A stretch of DNA of 64,000 nucleotides from Candidatus Parcubacteria bacterium (GCA_963806325.1 CAWDXL010000002.1:128802-192801); one strand, 5' to 3'. Numbered from the stretch's first letter, positions 34,012-44,668 are shown. Notes: generated from the letters alone by a model not told the origin. Translations and numbers: made by a program.

Positions 34012-35025
34012 CTATTCGAAATAATCTATTTTGATAGCAGCCCTCACTTCTTTAAGTGTCTGCGCAGCGGCGAGGCGGACTTTTGCCGTGCCTTCTTTCA
34101 AAATATTCATCACATAGTCTGGATCTTTTGCCAAAGCCTCGCGCTTCTCTCGAATAGGCTTGATGAGCGTTTTCAAAATTTCTGCGAGGCGCTTTTTGAT
34201 AAGCACATCGCCGAGGCCTCCTTTTATATAATCAGCCTTGAGCTTCTCCACTTCTTCTTTATTGGAATCAAAAATATCGAGATAGATAAACACGACATTA
34301 CCTTCTACTTTTCCTGGATCTTCTACATGGACATGTCCCGGGTCGGTATACATCTGCATGACTTTTTCCTCGATTTCTTTATCGGAATCTGAAAGGTAAA
34401 TAGCATTGTTGAGCGACTTGCTCATCTTGGCATTGCCGTCGAGACCGATAAGCCGCGAGTGTTTTGACACAACAGGAGTAATCTTCTTAAAGACCTCGCC
34501 GTAGATGCTATTAAACTTTTGAATAATTTCATTGGCTTGTTCAAGCACCGGCAGCTGGTCTTCACCAACAGGTACAATATGTGCCTTGCATACCAAAATA
34601 TCGGCAGTCTGGCTCACGGGATACACCAAAAATCCAGCAGGCACATCTTCACCAAAACCTTTCTGCTGGATCTCGCTTTTTACGGTCGGATTTCTTTTGA
34701 GCCTGGCGAGCGTAACGAGATTTAAAAAGAAAATAGTCAGCTCGGCGATTTCTGGAATTTGTGATTGAATGAAAAAAGTAGTTTTTTCGGGATCAATGCC
34801 GCAGGCCAGATTGTCAAGCGCCACTTCAGCCACATTGCGCCGCACTTTTTCCGGGTTGTCGGCGTTGTCGGTAAGAGCTTGCACATCAGCGACCATATAA
34901 TAGGCATGCTCGTATTTTTCCTGAAGATCAAGCCTATTCAAAATAGAGCCGACATAGTGGCCCAAATGAAGCTTACCTGTCGGCCGGTCTCCTGTTAAAA
35001 CAGTATTTTTAGTATCTTTGCTCAT
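34012..35025 (-). CDS. trpS: Tryptophanyl-tRNA synthetase
   Basis: GDRPTG.LHLGH, VPVGEDQ and KMSKS motifs. Confidence 0.97.
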   Translation of the reverse strand: MSKDTKNTVLTGDRPTGKLHLGHYVGSILNRLDLQEKYEHAYYMVADVQALTDNADNPEKVRRNVAEVALDNLACGIDPEKTTFFIQSQIPEIAELTIFFLNLVTLARLKRNPTVKSEIQQKGFGEDVPAGFLVYPVSQTADILVCKAHIVPVGEDQLPVLEQANEIIQKFNSIYGEVFKKITPVVSKHSRLIGLDGNAKMSKSLNNAIYLSDSDKEIEEKVMQMYTDPGHVHVEDPGKVEGNVVFIYLDIFDSNKEEVEKLKADYIKGGLGDVLIKKRLAEILKTLIKPIREKREALAKDPDYVMNILKEGTAKVRLAAAQTLKEVRAAIKIDYFE

Positions 35026-35048
35026 GAGGGAAAGTATAGCATACTCTT

Positions 35049-35623
35049 TTATTTTATCATTTTTAGGATGTTTTTATATCCGTCTTTTTCAACAATATTC
35101 CACGCATTACTATAATCATTGGTGCAATGTTTTTTGCACCGCGCTTTATTTATTCCAACATATTCTGGTTTGTCTATAATCTCACGCCATACATATTCAA
35201 GCATAGCGTGAATAGCAATATGGACTCGCGTCTCAACGTTTTCTTCTTTGTATTTTTCCATAAAGTCATCGGTAAAATTGCCTCCTGAAAGATGCATCAA
35301 TTCATGCGTGAATGTGATGATAAATTCATCAACAGAAAGTGATACAGGAATCACCATTCCAAATGCTTCAGTACGGTTGATAACCCATACAATATTTACA
35401 TTTACTATAGAATATGGAAACGGGCGTTTAACAATAGATTCTATTGCTCTAAACACTTTCTGACTGATGGGTTCCCACGCCTGCCGGTATTCCCTCAGTT
35501 TTTTCGATACAATAAATTGATCTGTCTCTCGCCTTGCCCTTTCTTTGTATTTAGACAGTGTCAGGGATAAACTTTTGTTATTTCATCTAAAATTTTGTTG
35601 TAGCGGATTATGGTTTTTGTCAT
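35049..35623 (-). CDS. HExxH (zincin-like) hypothetical protein, frameshifted
   Basis: HELMH motif; upstream ATG at 35623 in another frame. Confidence 0.55.
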
Positions 35624-35643
35624 GATTATAACTTAAAAATAAA

Positions 35644-36000
35644 TTATTCAGCCCTCCTCCAGATTTTCATGTACCACAGCAGCGGAGTGAATAAAAAAAT
35701 GAAAGTCATAAAGGCAATATACGCGGATTTTTGAGCGATGTTAAATGTCACGACAAGATACGCGAGCGTCGTCATCACCTGAACGGTAAATGTAAAAACT
35801 CCAATTTTTGCCGGTAAAAATCTATAAATAAGTCCGTACCATAGCAGGATTGATATGATAAAAATAATTTTAAATAAATTCATTGAGATCGAAATCAAAT
35901 AGAGGGATATAAAAATGCAAAATTCTGAAGCCACAGCAAGTCCGAGCATTGTGTTGGTCCATGTCAGCAGGCGGTTTTTTGTCCAATATTTTTTATTCAT
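35644..36000 (-). CDS. Small multi-TM membrane protein
   Basis: About four hydrophobic segments. Confidence 0.6.
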   Translation of the reverse strand: MNKKYWTKNRLLTWTNTMLGLAVASEFCIFISLYLISISMNLFKIIFIISILLWYGLIYRFLPAKIGVFTFTVQVMTTLAYLVVTFNIAQKSAYIAFMTFIFLFTPLLWYMKIWRRAE

Positions 36001-36280
36001 GCGAAAATAATAAACCGAATGCAAAAGCGAGTACGCCTGCTATCATCAAAAATATGCTAAGAGACCCGACAATTATCATTATGGGAATTCCTAGCGCAGT
36101 TTCCCAGCTAAAGCCGATAATATCTTCTTTTTCAACACTCATTTCTTTATTAAATAAATTTTTTATACCTCGTATAACATAAAGAAAAGGCGCGACAAAA
36201 ATAAGGAAGAGGAAGTAACAAATGTCCCAAAATATTTCTTCGATATCTTTCATTTTTTTTGGTGAGACATTCATATCCAC
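35993..36280 (-). CDS. Small 2-TM membrane protein
   Basis: Two hydrophobic segments; lies downstream of operator array A. Confidence 0.55.
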   Translation of the reverse strand: MDMNVSPKKMKDIEEIFWDICYFLFLIFVAPFLYVIRGIKNLFNKEMSVEKEDIIGFSWETALGIPIMIIVGSLSIFLMIAGVLAFAFGLLFSHE

Positions 36281-36306
36281 CTATATGACATTAGCCATGT
36301 TAAAAA

Positions 36307-36485
36307 TGTTGTCTATATCTGACAACAATAAAATAATACTGACGCGGGCTAGTCAAATACTGTTAATAAACAGTAACAAAATTAGTCTTTTGATATAGAT
36401 ATTGTATTGAGGATTGTTAATACAGTTAAACGCTCGTTATTTATTAACAATCTTTAATTGAAATTCCTGTTGAATAGATTTAACA
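36307..36485. promoter_or_regulatory. Phased operator array A (4x TGTT-N10-AACA-like)
   Basis: Sites start at 36307, 36361, 36415 and 36468. Confidence 0.8.
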
Positions 36486-36495
36486 AATTTTATTA

Positions 36496-37404
36496 CTACT
36501 CCCCATGAGGTTTTATGTTTGGTAACTTTTCGCCATTCTTAACATATCTATCAAACCAATCAATCGTAGCTATATTACTTTCTTTTCTAAATTCTGTTAG
36601 GTTGTGATCAGCACCTTCATACATGATTAAGTGATATGGGATTTTGTATCTGAGTAATTTTTGTGCAAGTTCCAGCGAATCTAGGGGATTGACTCTCCAA
36701 TCTGCTGCCCCGTGCATTATAAGGATGGGTGTCTTTTTTGTCATCTTGTCTGCCCAATATAATGCTGATCGTTTTTTTAGTTCTTTGAGAGAACCTCCAA
36801 ACATTTTCTTAAAAACGCTCTTCATTTCTGGCCTTTCTTTTGATTGCCTTATTAAGTTTGTTGGACCAGCAATAGCAACAGCTGCTTTTAACCATTTTAC
36901 TTTTGCAAGTATGATAAATATCATCATTGCACCTCTGCTTGCTCCGTACATACCAATTCTTTTTGTATTAGCTCGAGAATATAGTCTTAAAATTTTATAC
37001 AGACTTACAATATCTTCAATATCTGATCCCCCATGTTCATCCTTCCCTTCTCCTCCCGCATTGCCCGAATATTGTGTAGTAATAGCGATGTATCCATTTT
37101 CAGCGAGACGTCCGATCATTCGAGTGAAAAGGTGTTCATCTTCTATTTTCCCAAAATTATTTGAACCTCCTCGGTTGTATATAATGCAGGGTAGTTCTTT
37201 TCCTTCGCGGGGTTCTACTATATACCCCACTACTTTGTGCCCTTGGGATTTATATATGATTTTATATGCAAATATTTTCTCACTCCTTTTTTGAGCAACA
37301 TCCTGTACTTTTTCGTCATACCTTCTTACCATCTCACGATTAAAATGAATCCCCTCGATATTTAAAATAAAAGAAATTTTTGATAGTTGATCAATGTTGG
37401 ACAT
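36496..37404 (-). CDS. S9 prolyl oligopeptidase-family peptidase
   Basis: NRGG, GASRG nucleophile elbow, HGAAD.RV and GADH motifs. Confidence 0.9.
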   Translation of the reverse strand: MSNIDQLSKISFILNIEGIHFNREMVRRYDEKVQDVAQKRSEKIFAYKIIYKSQGHKVVGYIVEPREGKELPCIIYNRGGSNNFGKIEDEHLFTRMIGRLAENGYIAITTQYSGNAGGEGKDEHGGSDIEDIVSLYKILRLYSRANTKRIGMYGASRGAMMIFIILAKVKWLKAAVAIAGPTNLIRQSKERPEMKSVFKKMFGGSLKELKKRSALYWADKMTKKTPILIMHGAADWRVNPLDSLELAQKLLRYKIPYHLIMYEGADHNLTEFRKESNIATIDWFDRYVKNGEKLPNIKPHGE

Positions 37405-37423
37405 AAGGTAATTATAATTATTT

Positions 37424-37468
37424 TTTTATAAAAATCATACCCTGAGCTACAAAGAGTTCAGGGTATGA
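37424..37468 (-). terminator. Intrinsic terminator
   Basis: TCATACCCTGA..TCAGGGTATGA stem followed by TTTT. Confidence 0.7.
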
Positions 37469-37492
37469 GCAGATATTATCTGCTGAGGAGAG

Positions 37493-37992
37493 TTACGAGC
37501 AGGCATCTCCACCATTGCAATCCGGCTTGGGGCGCATGATTGATCACAGTCGCCCTTACCGAGTTGGTGATAATTCCAATTCTCGCCAAGGTTGTCGCCG
37601 AGATGTTCCGCGATCAGTGCATGTGTACGATTGCGCAGTTCGCCACCGTCTGGCTTGTCTTCTGGTCGCCGAGGTCGGTGATGAAGAAAGTAGCCGAAGT
37701 ACTTATGGCAGAACTTTTGATAGTCCATCGTAAAAAGGATGAACGTGTGCCACCCTTCATCAATGCGAGTTGACGGTACAACTCTCCCAAACTTGCCGGC
37801 GAGCCACAAAAACTTGAGCGTGTCCTTAAATAAAGACACGGCCTGAGTTTCTGAAATGCTCAATTCCTGTGCAATGCGGGTGACAACGGCATTGTTATTG
37901 TATGCCATTACTCGCCCAAGGGATGGAAACTTACGGACCTTTGTGGTTGCTGACGTGTGGGCAACCTTACCACTGCGGTGACGGATGGTCAT
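37493..37992 (-). CDS. DUF1399/glycine-rich-domain-like protein with Cys/Asp tail (probable 1-nt indel near 37523)
   Basis: PS..IDEGWH.FIL.T..Y..FC...G.FLHH.P motif; SD AGGAG. Confidence 0.7.
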
Positions 37993-38068
37993 GTGCCATC
38001 TCCTAAAAACAAAGTCAGAGAGAAAACCTCTCTGTAACTTCTATACATGAGAGTATCTGTATTAAAAT

Positions 38069-38246
38069 TGTTGTCTATATCTGACAACAATAAAGTAATA
38101 TTGACTAACACCAGTCAAATGCTGTTGTGAAGGCACAACAGAAACCAGTGTTTGAATAAGGACCGTTTTGAAAACTGTTTGATTATACAAACACTAAAAA
38201 AGCAAGATAAAATATTTATAAAAAATCTTGTTGGAAGTCTCGAACA
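38069..38246. promoter_or_regulatory. Phased operator array B
   Basis: Sites start at 38069, 38123, 38176 and 38229. Confidence 0.8.
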
Positions 38247-38250
38247 AATC

Positions 38251-39858
38251 CTAAGAAGTCTTGACCGGTATCTCGATATAAAATTGTGAGCCGGTGTTTG
38301 CACCTTCCGATTCTGCCCAGACGCGGCCGCTCATCGATTCAATCATGTTGCGGGCAATGTAGAGGCCGAGGCCGGTGCCAAGAATATTGGTCTCGTTGGC
38401 ATTTTCAGCCCGGCTAAATTTTTGGAAGAGCTTCGGCATGGTAGTAGCAGGAATGCCGACGCCGGTGTCAGAAATCTTGATGATGCTCTTGCCCGACTGC
38501 TCGGATATCGACACATTCACTTTAATATTGCCGTGAGGAGTATATTTGATAGAGTTGTCGAGAATGTTGCCGATGACCTGCTTCACCTTTCCTTTGTCGG
38601 CGTGGACCATATAATTTTTGTTCTGCTCAAATGTAAATTCGAGTGCAAGCCCGCGCTTCTCCACATTGGGCCGATATTCGCTTATCACTTCTTCCGCCAG
38701 CTTTTCAATATCAAAATCTGAATAGTCATATTTCATCTTGCCGCCTTCAATGCGCGACACATCAAGAAAATCACCAACGATGGTCACGAGATTGTTGGTC
38801 GAACTCATAATAATAGTAAGGGCCTGTGCAATCTCGGGTGAAACGGGACCATAATCCCCTTCTTGTACGAGAGAGATGTAGCCTTTTATGGCTGTAAGCG
38901 GCGCACGGATCTGGTGCGTAGCGAGCGAGACGAATTCATTTTTTAGAGCATCGAGCTCTTTTAGGCGCTCATTGGCAAACTCAATCTTAAACATGTCCCC
39001 GACCATGCGGATGCTAAAGATGAGGACAAGGATAAAGACACTGATGCGGAAGATGACAAGAGAGAGCGTGTTGGCAAAAATAATTTCGATAAAGCTGGTT
39101 ACGGTGAGAGCAAAAGCAAAGGTGAACGTCGTAATATTTTTTATGTTGAAAAGCTTGTGCCTATAGATTGCATAAGCTGTAAAAGCGATAAAAGGAAAAA
39201 TAAAAACGGCACCGAGGGGGATAAAATTATATAGGTTAAAGAATGCTGGGAGTAAGAAGTTTAATATAATTACTAAAGAGAAAGTTAAAATAATACCTAT
39301 TAAAACAATTTTAAACTGTCCTTTTTCTGTACCATGAGCCTGTATTGTTTTTTTAACAAACAAATATATTCCATAGCCCACAAGATACAAGACGAGAATA
39401 GCAAAAGGAATAATTCCCCAGCCTTCATTTACTCGCGCAACTGTACCAATAGTTACGCCTCCATCAATACTTTTAAAAATTGCAGGGGTAAGAGCAGAAA
39501 GTGATATTAAGATGCTTAAGGGTGTAAGTATGGTTTTATAGAACTTGGGGAAAAGTACTTCGGATCGTGGAAATACATATAAAAGTTGAAATAGTGTAAA
39601 AGCAAACCATACCGAAGAGAACATAAGTAGTCTTAGAAATGCTAAAACAATCTGAGGAGAATCTGATTGATAGTTTAGGTAATTAAAAGTACTCCAAAAA
39701 GATACCGCTACGGCTAAATACAGAAAAGATTTATTTGTTATATTTTTTCTGTTACTAAAATAAACTGCGACCCCCAAAATAAGAATAGCGGCAATCGAAA
39801 TGCCGACAGAAAGAAGAATCAAGATTCTGAAAAGGTAAGCTACCAAAAAAATTTTCAA
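38251..39858 (-). CDS. Sensor histidine kinase with 7TM-type N-terminal sensor
   Basis: H-box THQIRAPL, N-box DNSIKY, DTGVG and GTGLGL; multiple N-terminal TMs. Confidence 0.92.
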   Translation of the reverse strand: MKIFLVAYLFRILILLSVGISIAAILILGVAVYFSNRKNITNKSFLYLAVAVSFWSTFNYLNYQSDSPQIVLAFLRLLMFSSVWFAFTLFQLLYVFPRSEVLFPKFYKTILTPLSILISLSALTPAIFKSIDGGVTIGTVARVNEGWGIIPFAILVLYLVGYGIYLFVKKTIQAHGTEKGQFKIVLIGIILTFSLVIILNFLLPAFFNLYNFIPLGAVFIFPFIAFTAYAIYRHKLFNIKNITTFTFAFALTVTSFIEIIFANTLSLVIFRISVFILVLIFSIRMVGDMFKIEFANERLKELDALKNEFVSLATHQIRAPLTAIKGYISLVQEGDYGPVSPEIAQALTIIMSSTNNLVTIVGDFLDVSRIEGGKMKYDYSDFDIEKLAEEVISEYRPNVEKRGLALEFTFEQNKNYMVHADKGKVKQVIGNILDNSIKYTPHGNIKVNVSISEQSGKSIIKISDTGVGIPATTMPKLFQKFSRAENANETNILGTGLGLYIARNMIESMSGRVWAESEGANTGSQFYIEIPVKTS

Positions 39859-39867
39859 GTTGTCCTC

Positions 39868-40809
39868 CTAGCATGCCTTCTTAATTAAAAGGTATTGACC
39901 TGTTTGAGTATAGAATTTTACTTTTCCTTTGCATTTTTCTGCATACTGCAAAATATCCTTTTTTCTTAAAAATCTAAAATTTGAAAAAAGTTCAGCATTT
40001 AAGAAATGTGGATGGTTCCAACCCACAATGGTTTGTGGAATAATAACCATCCAGCTCCTAAAACCATCGTACTCAAAAATATTCTCCGTGATATTATTTA
40101 TCACAGCATCAAATTTTGGTTGCAATGTTAATGGTAGATGGTGTTTGAAAAGCGAGTGATAGATTATGTTAAAATATTTTTTGGGAAAAAATTTATCAAG
40201 ATTAAAAATATCATTTTTACATAAAATAAGTACCACCTTTTTTTGAGATGTTCTTTTTATAGATTCAACCTTAGTCTCATCTAAATTTTCTACCTCGTAA
40301 AAGTCTATCTTGTCAAAAATACCCTTAAGATTGTCTTTTGCAATTACTTGAGTTGTGGGTGATTTATCAACCGCAATCATAACAATCTTATGTTTAAAGT
40401 TAGAGGAAAGTATTTTTTTAATTATCTGATGATCAAGTTCCATGCCACCTGCACCAAGGTCAGCCATTACCACATCACTATTCTGTGAAAAAATAAAATT
40501 TGTTATTGTCTCAACAATAGGTTTAACAAGACCAGGTCTATCCTTTTCTTGCATCTCAATAAGTCTTTTATGCATCAACACATCCCACTCCTCCACTGGA
40601 AAATCAGTGAGTTCCAAGAGCTTTAAGCTATCGAGCTTAGGAGCCCGGAAAAAAAGCCACTTGAGATACGTCGGAAAATTTTTGATAGCCTTAAGAAAGG
40701 CAATATTCTCTTCTATTGCATACATTTCATCTTTATACTCAGGATTTTTCTTAAACGACTCCAATTTTTCAAGAGCACTTTTAATCTCGATATCTCGTGT
40801 GTTTTGCAT
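39868..40809 (-). CDS. SAM-dependent methyltransferase-like protein
   Basis: ADLGAGG motif I, acidic AVDKS motif, SLFKHH. Confidence 0.6.
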   Translation of the reverse strand: MQNTRDIEIKSALEKLESFKKNPEYKDEMYAIEENIAFLKAIKNFPTYLKWLFFRAPKLDSLKLLELTDFPVEEWDVLMHKRLIEMQEKDRPGLVKPIVETITNFIFSQNSDVVMADLGAGGMELDHQIIKKILSSNFKHKIVMIAVDKSPTTQVIAKDNLKGIFDKIDFYEVENLDETKVESIKRTSQKKVVLILCKNDIFNLDKFFPKKYFNIIYHSLFKHHLPLTLQPKFDAVINNITENIFEYDGFRSWMVIIPQTIVGWNHPHFLNAELFSNFRFLRKKDILQYAEKCKGKVKFYTQTGQYLLIKKAC

Positions 40810-40810
40810 A

Positions 40811-41863
40811 TTATTTGTATTCAATCTGTGGCTCCATTCTCATTGCTCGTGCCGATGGGGCATCAGCATAGCCGAGGCGCATAAGCATGGGGATTTTCTT
40901 TCCTTGCACACCGAACGTATCCTCGATGGCATGATAGGCCTCATCTATTGCCTTCAGATGCTCTTTAGAAAAAGAAGCCGTGTCTCCTCCATCTATTCTC
41001 AGTTTAAAATAAAGCACGCCCGTGCATGGGTGTATGCTAAGGCCAAGTTTTGTAGCGGTGAGCCATACCCGCTCGACGGCCCTGCCTGCATTTATATAAT
41101 CTTTGTCGGTGCTTGCTTGTATTACGATCACGCCGAGTGCGGCAGATTTTGCATACTTCTCAGCATTTTCTTTTTCAATAGCTTTTGAGACTCCAGCAAT
41201 ATTAAAAATTTTCAAAATAGCCCAGCTTTTAAAAATTTTTACAGCTTTAAGCTGATGAGGTAAAAATTCGAGCGTCTTGATATAGAATCCCCCGGCTTTA
41301 TACTGCTCATTTTCATTCCATAAAATATGATTATAGAAAAAGGTGTGGAGAGCTTTATTCTCAAAAATGATCCGCTCATTGAGAGCAATTGCCTTCCCTG
41401 CTTTATCAAGAGACGGCTGATCATCAATAATTTTAAATTCACCAAATCCAGTACCTCTTGCATTTTCTATGAGTGCCTTTTTTTGATCATTATTAAGTTT
41501 GACGGGAGTATTTTCTTTTCTGTTGGTGCCGCGCAACGGTATCACCTGATACAAATCATCCTCTTTGATCGCTGATTTTTCCAAAGTCACTACCGAAACA
41601 AGATTTTTAATATTCTTATCGGGCAATACAGCTACGCTTGCTCTATATCCAAAGTGCGAAGCGCTGATAACAATATTTTCTATCAGGGCTCCGTGTGCTA
41701 CAAGGGAGCCTTTTTGCTCAAAATTGTACAGAGACTGATCTGCTTCCGGAATAATAAAAATAGAAATTTTGTTGCCCTCTACAATAAACTTCCATGGCTG
41801 GCAATTTTCTCCCGACGGAGCTTTGACACCATCGGTTATTATTTTTTGGATGTCATTGTTCAT
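40811..41863 (-). CDS. Nitroreductase-family protein (Acg/Rv1355c C-terminal-like)
   Basis: APSGENCQPW, R.TNR, GRAVERVWL.AT and RLGYA motifs. Confidence 0.85.
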   Translation of the reverse strand: MNNDIQKIITDGVKAPSGENCQPWKFIVEGNKISIFIIPEADQSLYNFEQKGSLVAHGALIENIVISASHFGYRASVAVLPDKNIKNLVSVVTLEKSAIKEDDLYQVIPLRGTNRKENTPVKLNNDQKKALIENARGTGFGEFKIIDDQPSLDKAGKAIALNERIIFENKALHTFFYNHILWNENEQYKAGGFYIKTLEFLPHQLKAVKIFKSWAILKIFNIAGVSKAIEKENAEKYAKSAALGVIVIQASTDKDYINAGRAVERVWLTATKLGLSIHPCTGVLYFKLRIDGGDTASFSKEHLKAIDEAYHAIEDTFGVQGKKIPMLMRLGYADAPSARAMRMEPQIEYK

Positions 41864-41943
41864 ATTAATGAATTATAGCAGAGTGCATTTTAATTGCGAA
41901 GACCTTCGGGTGCACAGAGTGGTGACTTGCTTTTTATTAACTA

Positions 41944-41964
41944 TGTTGTTAGTGTTAAACAACA
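41944..41964. promoter_or_regulatory. Single operator overlapping the promoter of the TrmB-like regulator
   Basis: TGTTGTTAGTGTTAAACAACA, same geometry as array site 1. Confidence 0.65.
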
Positions 41965-41990
41965 ATATATTTAGAAGCTAATTTTATCTT

Positions 41991-42767
41991 ATGCTTGTAA
42001 AAGACCTTATAGAATTTGGACTTAATGAAAAAGAAGCAAAGGCTTATCTTGCTCTGCTCGAGCTTGAAGTGGCGGGCGTGCAGGAGATTTCTAAAGCAGC
42101 CGGTATCAATAGAAGCTCGGCGTATATTACCCTTGAGGCACTCAAGGAGCGTGGACTCGTCAGTATTTCTGATGACAAAAAAGTGCGAAGATATGTAGCT
42201 ACGTCTCCCGATGCAATTCTTAGAACTGCAGAAGATATGGTCGCCAAGCAAGAACGTATTCAGAAAAAAATATCAGCGATGATTCCGGAGATGAAAGCTT
42301 TATATAAGGGAGTGAAAAAGAAACCAATAATACAAGTGTATGAGGGTAAACAAGGACTTATAAATTGTTTTGAAGAAACTCTTAAAAACAAAGAAAAATT
42401 GATGAGAGTGTGGTCTGCTCCAGCAAATTTAGGAAGGATTATTTATGAATATTTGCCTGGGTATATTAGCAAAAGACTTGGTCTGGGAATAAAAATGATC
42501 GGTATCCACCCAGATAATGGAATACATAAGAAAATGGCACATGATATTAGTCAGGCTCCTGATGAAAACTTACTCATACCATCGGATAAATACAATTTTA
42601 CTGCCGACCTGGCAATCTATGATGATAAAATTAGCTACATGTCTAGTGAGAACGATGGGCTAGCTGTTATTATTGAAAGCAAAGAAATATCTGAGGTTAT
42701 GAAAAGCATTTTTGATCTTGCGTGGGAGGAGGCGAAAAGGTTGAGCAAGGGTGAGAAGAAATCATGA
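41991..42767 (+). CDS. TrmB-family transcriptional regulator
   Basis: FGLNEKEAKAYLALL..I.RSSAY..L..L...GL wHTH plus C-terminal effector domain. Confidence 0.88.
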   Translation: MLVKDLIEFGLNEKEAKAYLALLELEVAGVQEISKAAGINRSSAYITLEALKERGLVSISDDKKVRRYVATSPDAILRTAEDMVAKQERIQKKISAMIPEMKALYKGVKKKPIIQVYEGKQGLINCFEETLKNKEKLMRVWSAPANLGRIIYEYLPGYISKRLGLGIKMIGIHPDNGIHKKMAHDISQAPDENLLIPSDKYNFTADLAIYDDKISYMSSENDGLAVIIESKEISEVMKSIFDLAWEEAKRLSKGEKKS

Positions 42768-42903
42768 GGCTTAATATATCAATAATTGATTCTCGGTTTT
42801 TTATTTCTCGAGTAAGCTTTTGTGCATAATCTTTCTTAAAAATTCCTCGAATTCCTAGGCGTGCTTTTTATGAAGAGATGTATGAGAATTCATGTGCATA
42901 GCT

Positions 42904-43752
42904 TTATAATGCAGATATAAATCTTAGAAAATTTCGACTCTCAGTTTCGGGTAGTAGACTGCCTAGCTTTGTATTTGGAGTATATGTAGCACCATGCCAA
43001 TCACTTCCACCAGTTATGACTAAATTATATTTTTTTGCAAGCTTTTCTAGAGTATTTATCTGCTCTGGAGTATGTGAAGGATAATATACTTCAATACCCT
43101 GTAGTCCGCACAACACAAGTTCACTAATGAAGTTTTCATAATTTTCTTCGATCCAAGCCTCTCATAAATTCTGCCCGAATGTGCAATGACCACAATCCCG
43201 CCGTTTTTCTTTATGAGATCTATAACAGTCTTTGGATTAAACATCCACGAATCGTCTTCCTCAACAAATACATATTGTTTAAGGGCATCTTTGATTGTGA
43301 TTTTTTGTTTTAAAAAAAGACATACTAAGCGTGCAAGTGTGTTTCTTGTAATATATTGTTCGTGATGTTTATTATATATATTCTTCAAAATTTAGGTTTA
43401 TTCCCGGTAGCTCTCTGTTTATTTTTTCGATAATTTTTTTAGCTCGGATATTATATCCATCAATGACCGGTTTCAAGGCACTATTTATCTCGAGATTAAA
43501 TTTCTTAGAATATCCGAGCATGTGTATTGATATATTCCTTTTTTTATCGATACATGAAATTTCTATACCATCTACAAAGTATACATTGATCGCTTTTGCA
43601 TCGCGCTTGATATCCTGTACTTTAGGACTAATATAATTATGATCTACGACTGAAAAAAGTGATATACCACTTTCTTTGATTTTAGAAAGTACATATTTAG
43701 GGGAATGCTCTCCGTCTGAATAGTATGAGTGAATGTGAAGATCTGTTTTCAT
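42904..43752 (-). CDS. PHP-domain phosphoesterase (two frameshifts)
   Basis: DLHIHS..SDG, DHN, GIEIS, AH and GGSDWH motifs spread over three frames. Confidence 0.85.
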
Positions 43753-43811
43753 ATTTTAATTATTATAACAAATAAAATATCCGCTGATAGGTTTCTCAGC
43801 GGACAATATTT

Positions 43812-44582
43812 TTAGTAGGTCAGAGACTTGCATATTTCCTCATAGGAACCTTTGAATTCATCTCCTTTAAGAACTAAATTTACAACATTTTCATACCACG
43901 TCATTAAGCTTAGTGCCTTCTGAAAATTTAAACCTTTCTTACAAGATAAAAGAAATGGTTCGGCCGGGAGTGAATTAACGCCATATACATTATCAAACAA
44001 TTTCTGCGCCAGTCTAATGTTAGATGGTGAACAGTAATAATTCTTGCGAAGTAAACACGAATTATAAGTTAGGGCATTTCCGATGCCATGTAAGAGTTTG
44101 CTCACATAGATTCTCCCAGATTCTCCTTCAAGTGATCTGATAAGCTGTCTTCTGCATATTGTCCTATTGTCGTACAAAACATACCCAGCCAGATCTTTGA
44201 AATCAAATTTTGTCTGATCATCAGTGGTTGATCTTAGATAAAAATTTCCTTTTAGAGAATTGCCGAACACCAGCGATGGGTTGTAACGTGGATACCATAG
44301 AGGTGACCCAATATCTTCAACCTCATCCTGAGTATGAGGCACAAGATCAATGTCACATTTCCATTTTGAAACCAGCATTTCCCGATGTTTTTTTAATGAA
44401 ATGTACACTGACCTATCAACAATCCCAGAACTACTTGGAACAATAATTGCGATATCAACATCAACTGATGTCTCATCATAGTACCAAGAGCCATACGCCA
44501 ATGCTGAAATTACCTCATCGACATTCCTTAGATAGTCAGCAATCCCAACCCAATAAGTACGTCCTCTTTTTTCACAAGTCAA
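43812..44582 (-). CDS. Nucleotidyltransferase (Pol beta superfamily) domain protein
   Basis: YGSW..DVD motif and third Asp in DIDL. Confidence 0.65.
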   Translation of the reverse strand: MTCEKRGRTYWVGIADYLRNVDEVISALAYGSWYYDETSVDVDIAIIVPSSSGIVDRSVYISLKKHREMLVSKWKCDIDLVPHTQDEVEDIGSPLWYPRYNPSLVFGNSLKGNFYLRSTTDDQTKFDFKDLAGYVLYDNRTICRRQLIRSLEGESGRIYVSKLLHGIGNALTYNSCLLRKNYYCSPSNIRLAQKLFDNVYGVNSLPAEPFLLSCKKGLNFQKALSLMTWYENVVNLVLKGDEFKGSYEEICKSLTY

Positions 44583-44668
44583 ACCTTTCTGTAAAAATTT
44601 TACCTACAAGGTAAAATTTAAATGTATAGAACTTAAAAACTCTAAAATTAGAATAATCTTTGTATAAT

